A DNA stretch of 64,000 nt. It comes from a virus. Positions within the stretch are counted from its first letter, which is position 1, and each line of letters opens with the position of its first letter. Below are positions 63,522 through 64,000 of the stretch, one piece after another. A model generated the notes under the pieces. It had not been told where the DNA came from. It ran no database searches and was given only the letters and a program-made list of their open reading frames with translations. A program made the translations under genes and the position numbers. The stretch lies in the IMG/VR virus record IMGVR_UViG_3300020202_000078; one strand, written 5' to 3'.

Positions 63522-63866
63522 CTAGGCGGGTGGGGGCCGCCGGAGCCGGCGCGCCAGCACAGCGGCCGCCACCATCAGGGCCCCGACGGCGAGGAAGGAG
63601 GCCGCGCGGGCCACGCCACCCAGGCTGGCCATGTCGAAGACCAGAACCTTGCCCGCCGTCAGGAAGAGCACGCCGAGCGCCATCCAGCGCAGCGCGCGCT
63701 CGTGGATGGCCGATCCCAGGGCCAGCAGCGCGGCGCCGAACAGCGCCCAGAGCGCCGAGTAGGTCCAGGTTTCCAGGCCGACAGCGGTGGTCGTCTGCAT
63801 ATTCCCGGGGTGGAAGGCCCAGCGCACTGAAAGGGTGACCAGCACCAGCGCCTGGGCCGCCGCCAC
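63522..63866 (-). CDS. Host integral membrane protein (fragment or small gene; may extend)
   Basis: Multi-TM hydrophobic ORF outside the prophage. Confidence 0.3.
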   Translation of the reverse strand: MAAAQALVLVTLSVRWAFHPGNMQTTTAVGLETWTYSALWALFGAALLALGSAIHERALRWMALGVLFLTAGKVLVFDMASLGGVARAASFLAVGALMVAAAVLARRLRRPPPA

Positions 63867-64000
63867 GACGAGGGCGGTCTCCCGGGCGGCGCCTATCAGC
63901 CGTCGGGCGTTGAGCGCCGCCAGGATCGCCAGCGCCGCGAGGGCGGGGCCGGTGAGCCAGGGCGGACCGGGAAGGACGGGTACGAGGCCCCACCAGGGAT

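Noticed and set aside
1-64000. CRISPR arrays, IS elements, transposases or rRNA genes
   Set aside because: No short regularly spaced direct repeats, and no DDE or serine-recombinase-like ORFs. The only RNA gene found is the tRNA-Asn at attR.

Overview
High-GC (about 65%) window, read from the sequence only and not from database searches. Nearly the whole window is one ~63-kb temperate siphovirus-type prophage integrated at a tRNA-Asn gene. A 24-bp direct repeat (cttccgatggctccccgggcagga) occurs at 187-210 and at 63238-63261, where it coincides with the 3' end of the minus-strand tRNA-Asn at 63245-63320. A P4-type tyrosine integrase (332-1516) sits next to the left copy. Host DNA lies outside these repeats (1-186 and 63262-64000). 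From left to right the prophage carries: (1) int and an AlpA-like excisionase; (2) a minus-strand early-left operon (1.6-10.8 kb) of small translationally coupled genes, including a YqaJ exonuclease plus an ERF annealing protein, and DUF551 paralogs; (3) an immunity region with an S24 cI-like repressor, a Cro-like gene, four copies of a TGCAAAAYGCATAT operator, and a secreted-protein moron between the left operator pair (OL) and cI; (4) an early-right operon with a CII-like regulator, a VRR-NUC nuclease, three HNH endonucleases, GcrA-like and DnaA-domain-IV-like regulators, a replication organizer candidate, a secreted SNase-like nuclease and a T5orf172 protein; (5) a late region with TerS/TerL, an HK97-type protease and capsid, a portal (in unusual order), a 28-aa x8 tandem-repeat protein, the head-tail connector, then a ~6-kb island of 10 glycan-modification genes (CstII/GT42-like, GT-A, GT9, two methyltransferases, a hexapeptide acyltransferase, a paralogous transferase-like pair, a GT-B-like gene) inserted before the GTA-like tail module (major tail protein, chaperone, tape measure protein (TMP), g12/g13-like proteins, an NlpC/P60 peptidase, a host-specificity protein, and a 1530-aa tail fiber with 4 tandem repeats and a beta-helix); (6) an antisense SGNH hydrolase, a lysis cassette (holin, DUF2778/L,D-transpeptidase-fold endolysin, overlapped i/o-spanins), and an SPFH lipoprotein cargo operon; (7) a right-arm block of minus-strand small genes that includes a small alarmone (ppGpp) hydrolase, zinc-ribbon regulators, and segments duplicated from the left arm. 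The most novel candidate is the glycosylation island embedded in the morphogenesis operon, plausibly a virion-protein glycosylation system. Note that the supplied ORF track prints M for GTG and TTG starts as well as ATG, and my direct text indexing may be off by 1-2 nt in places.
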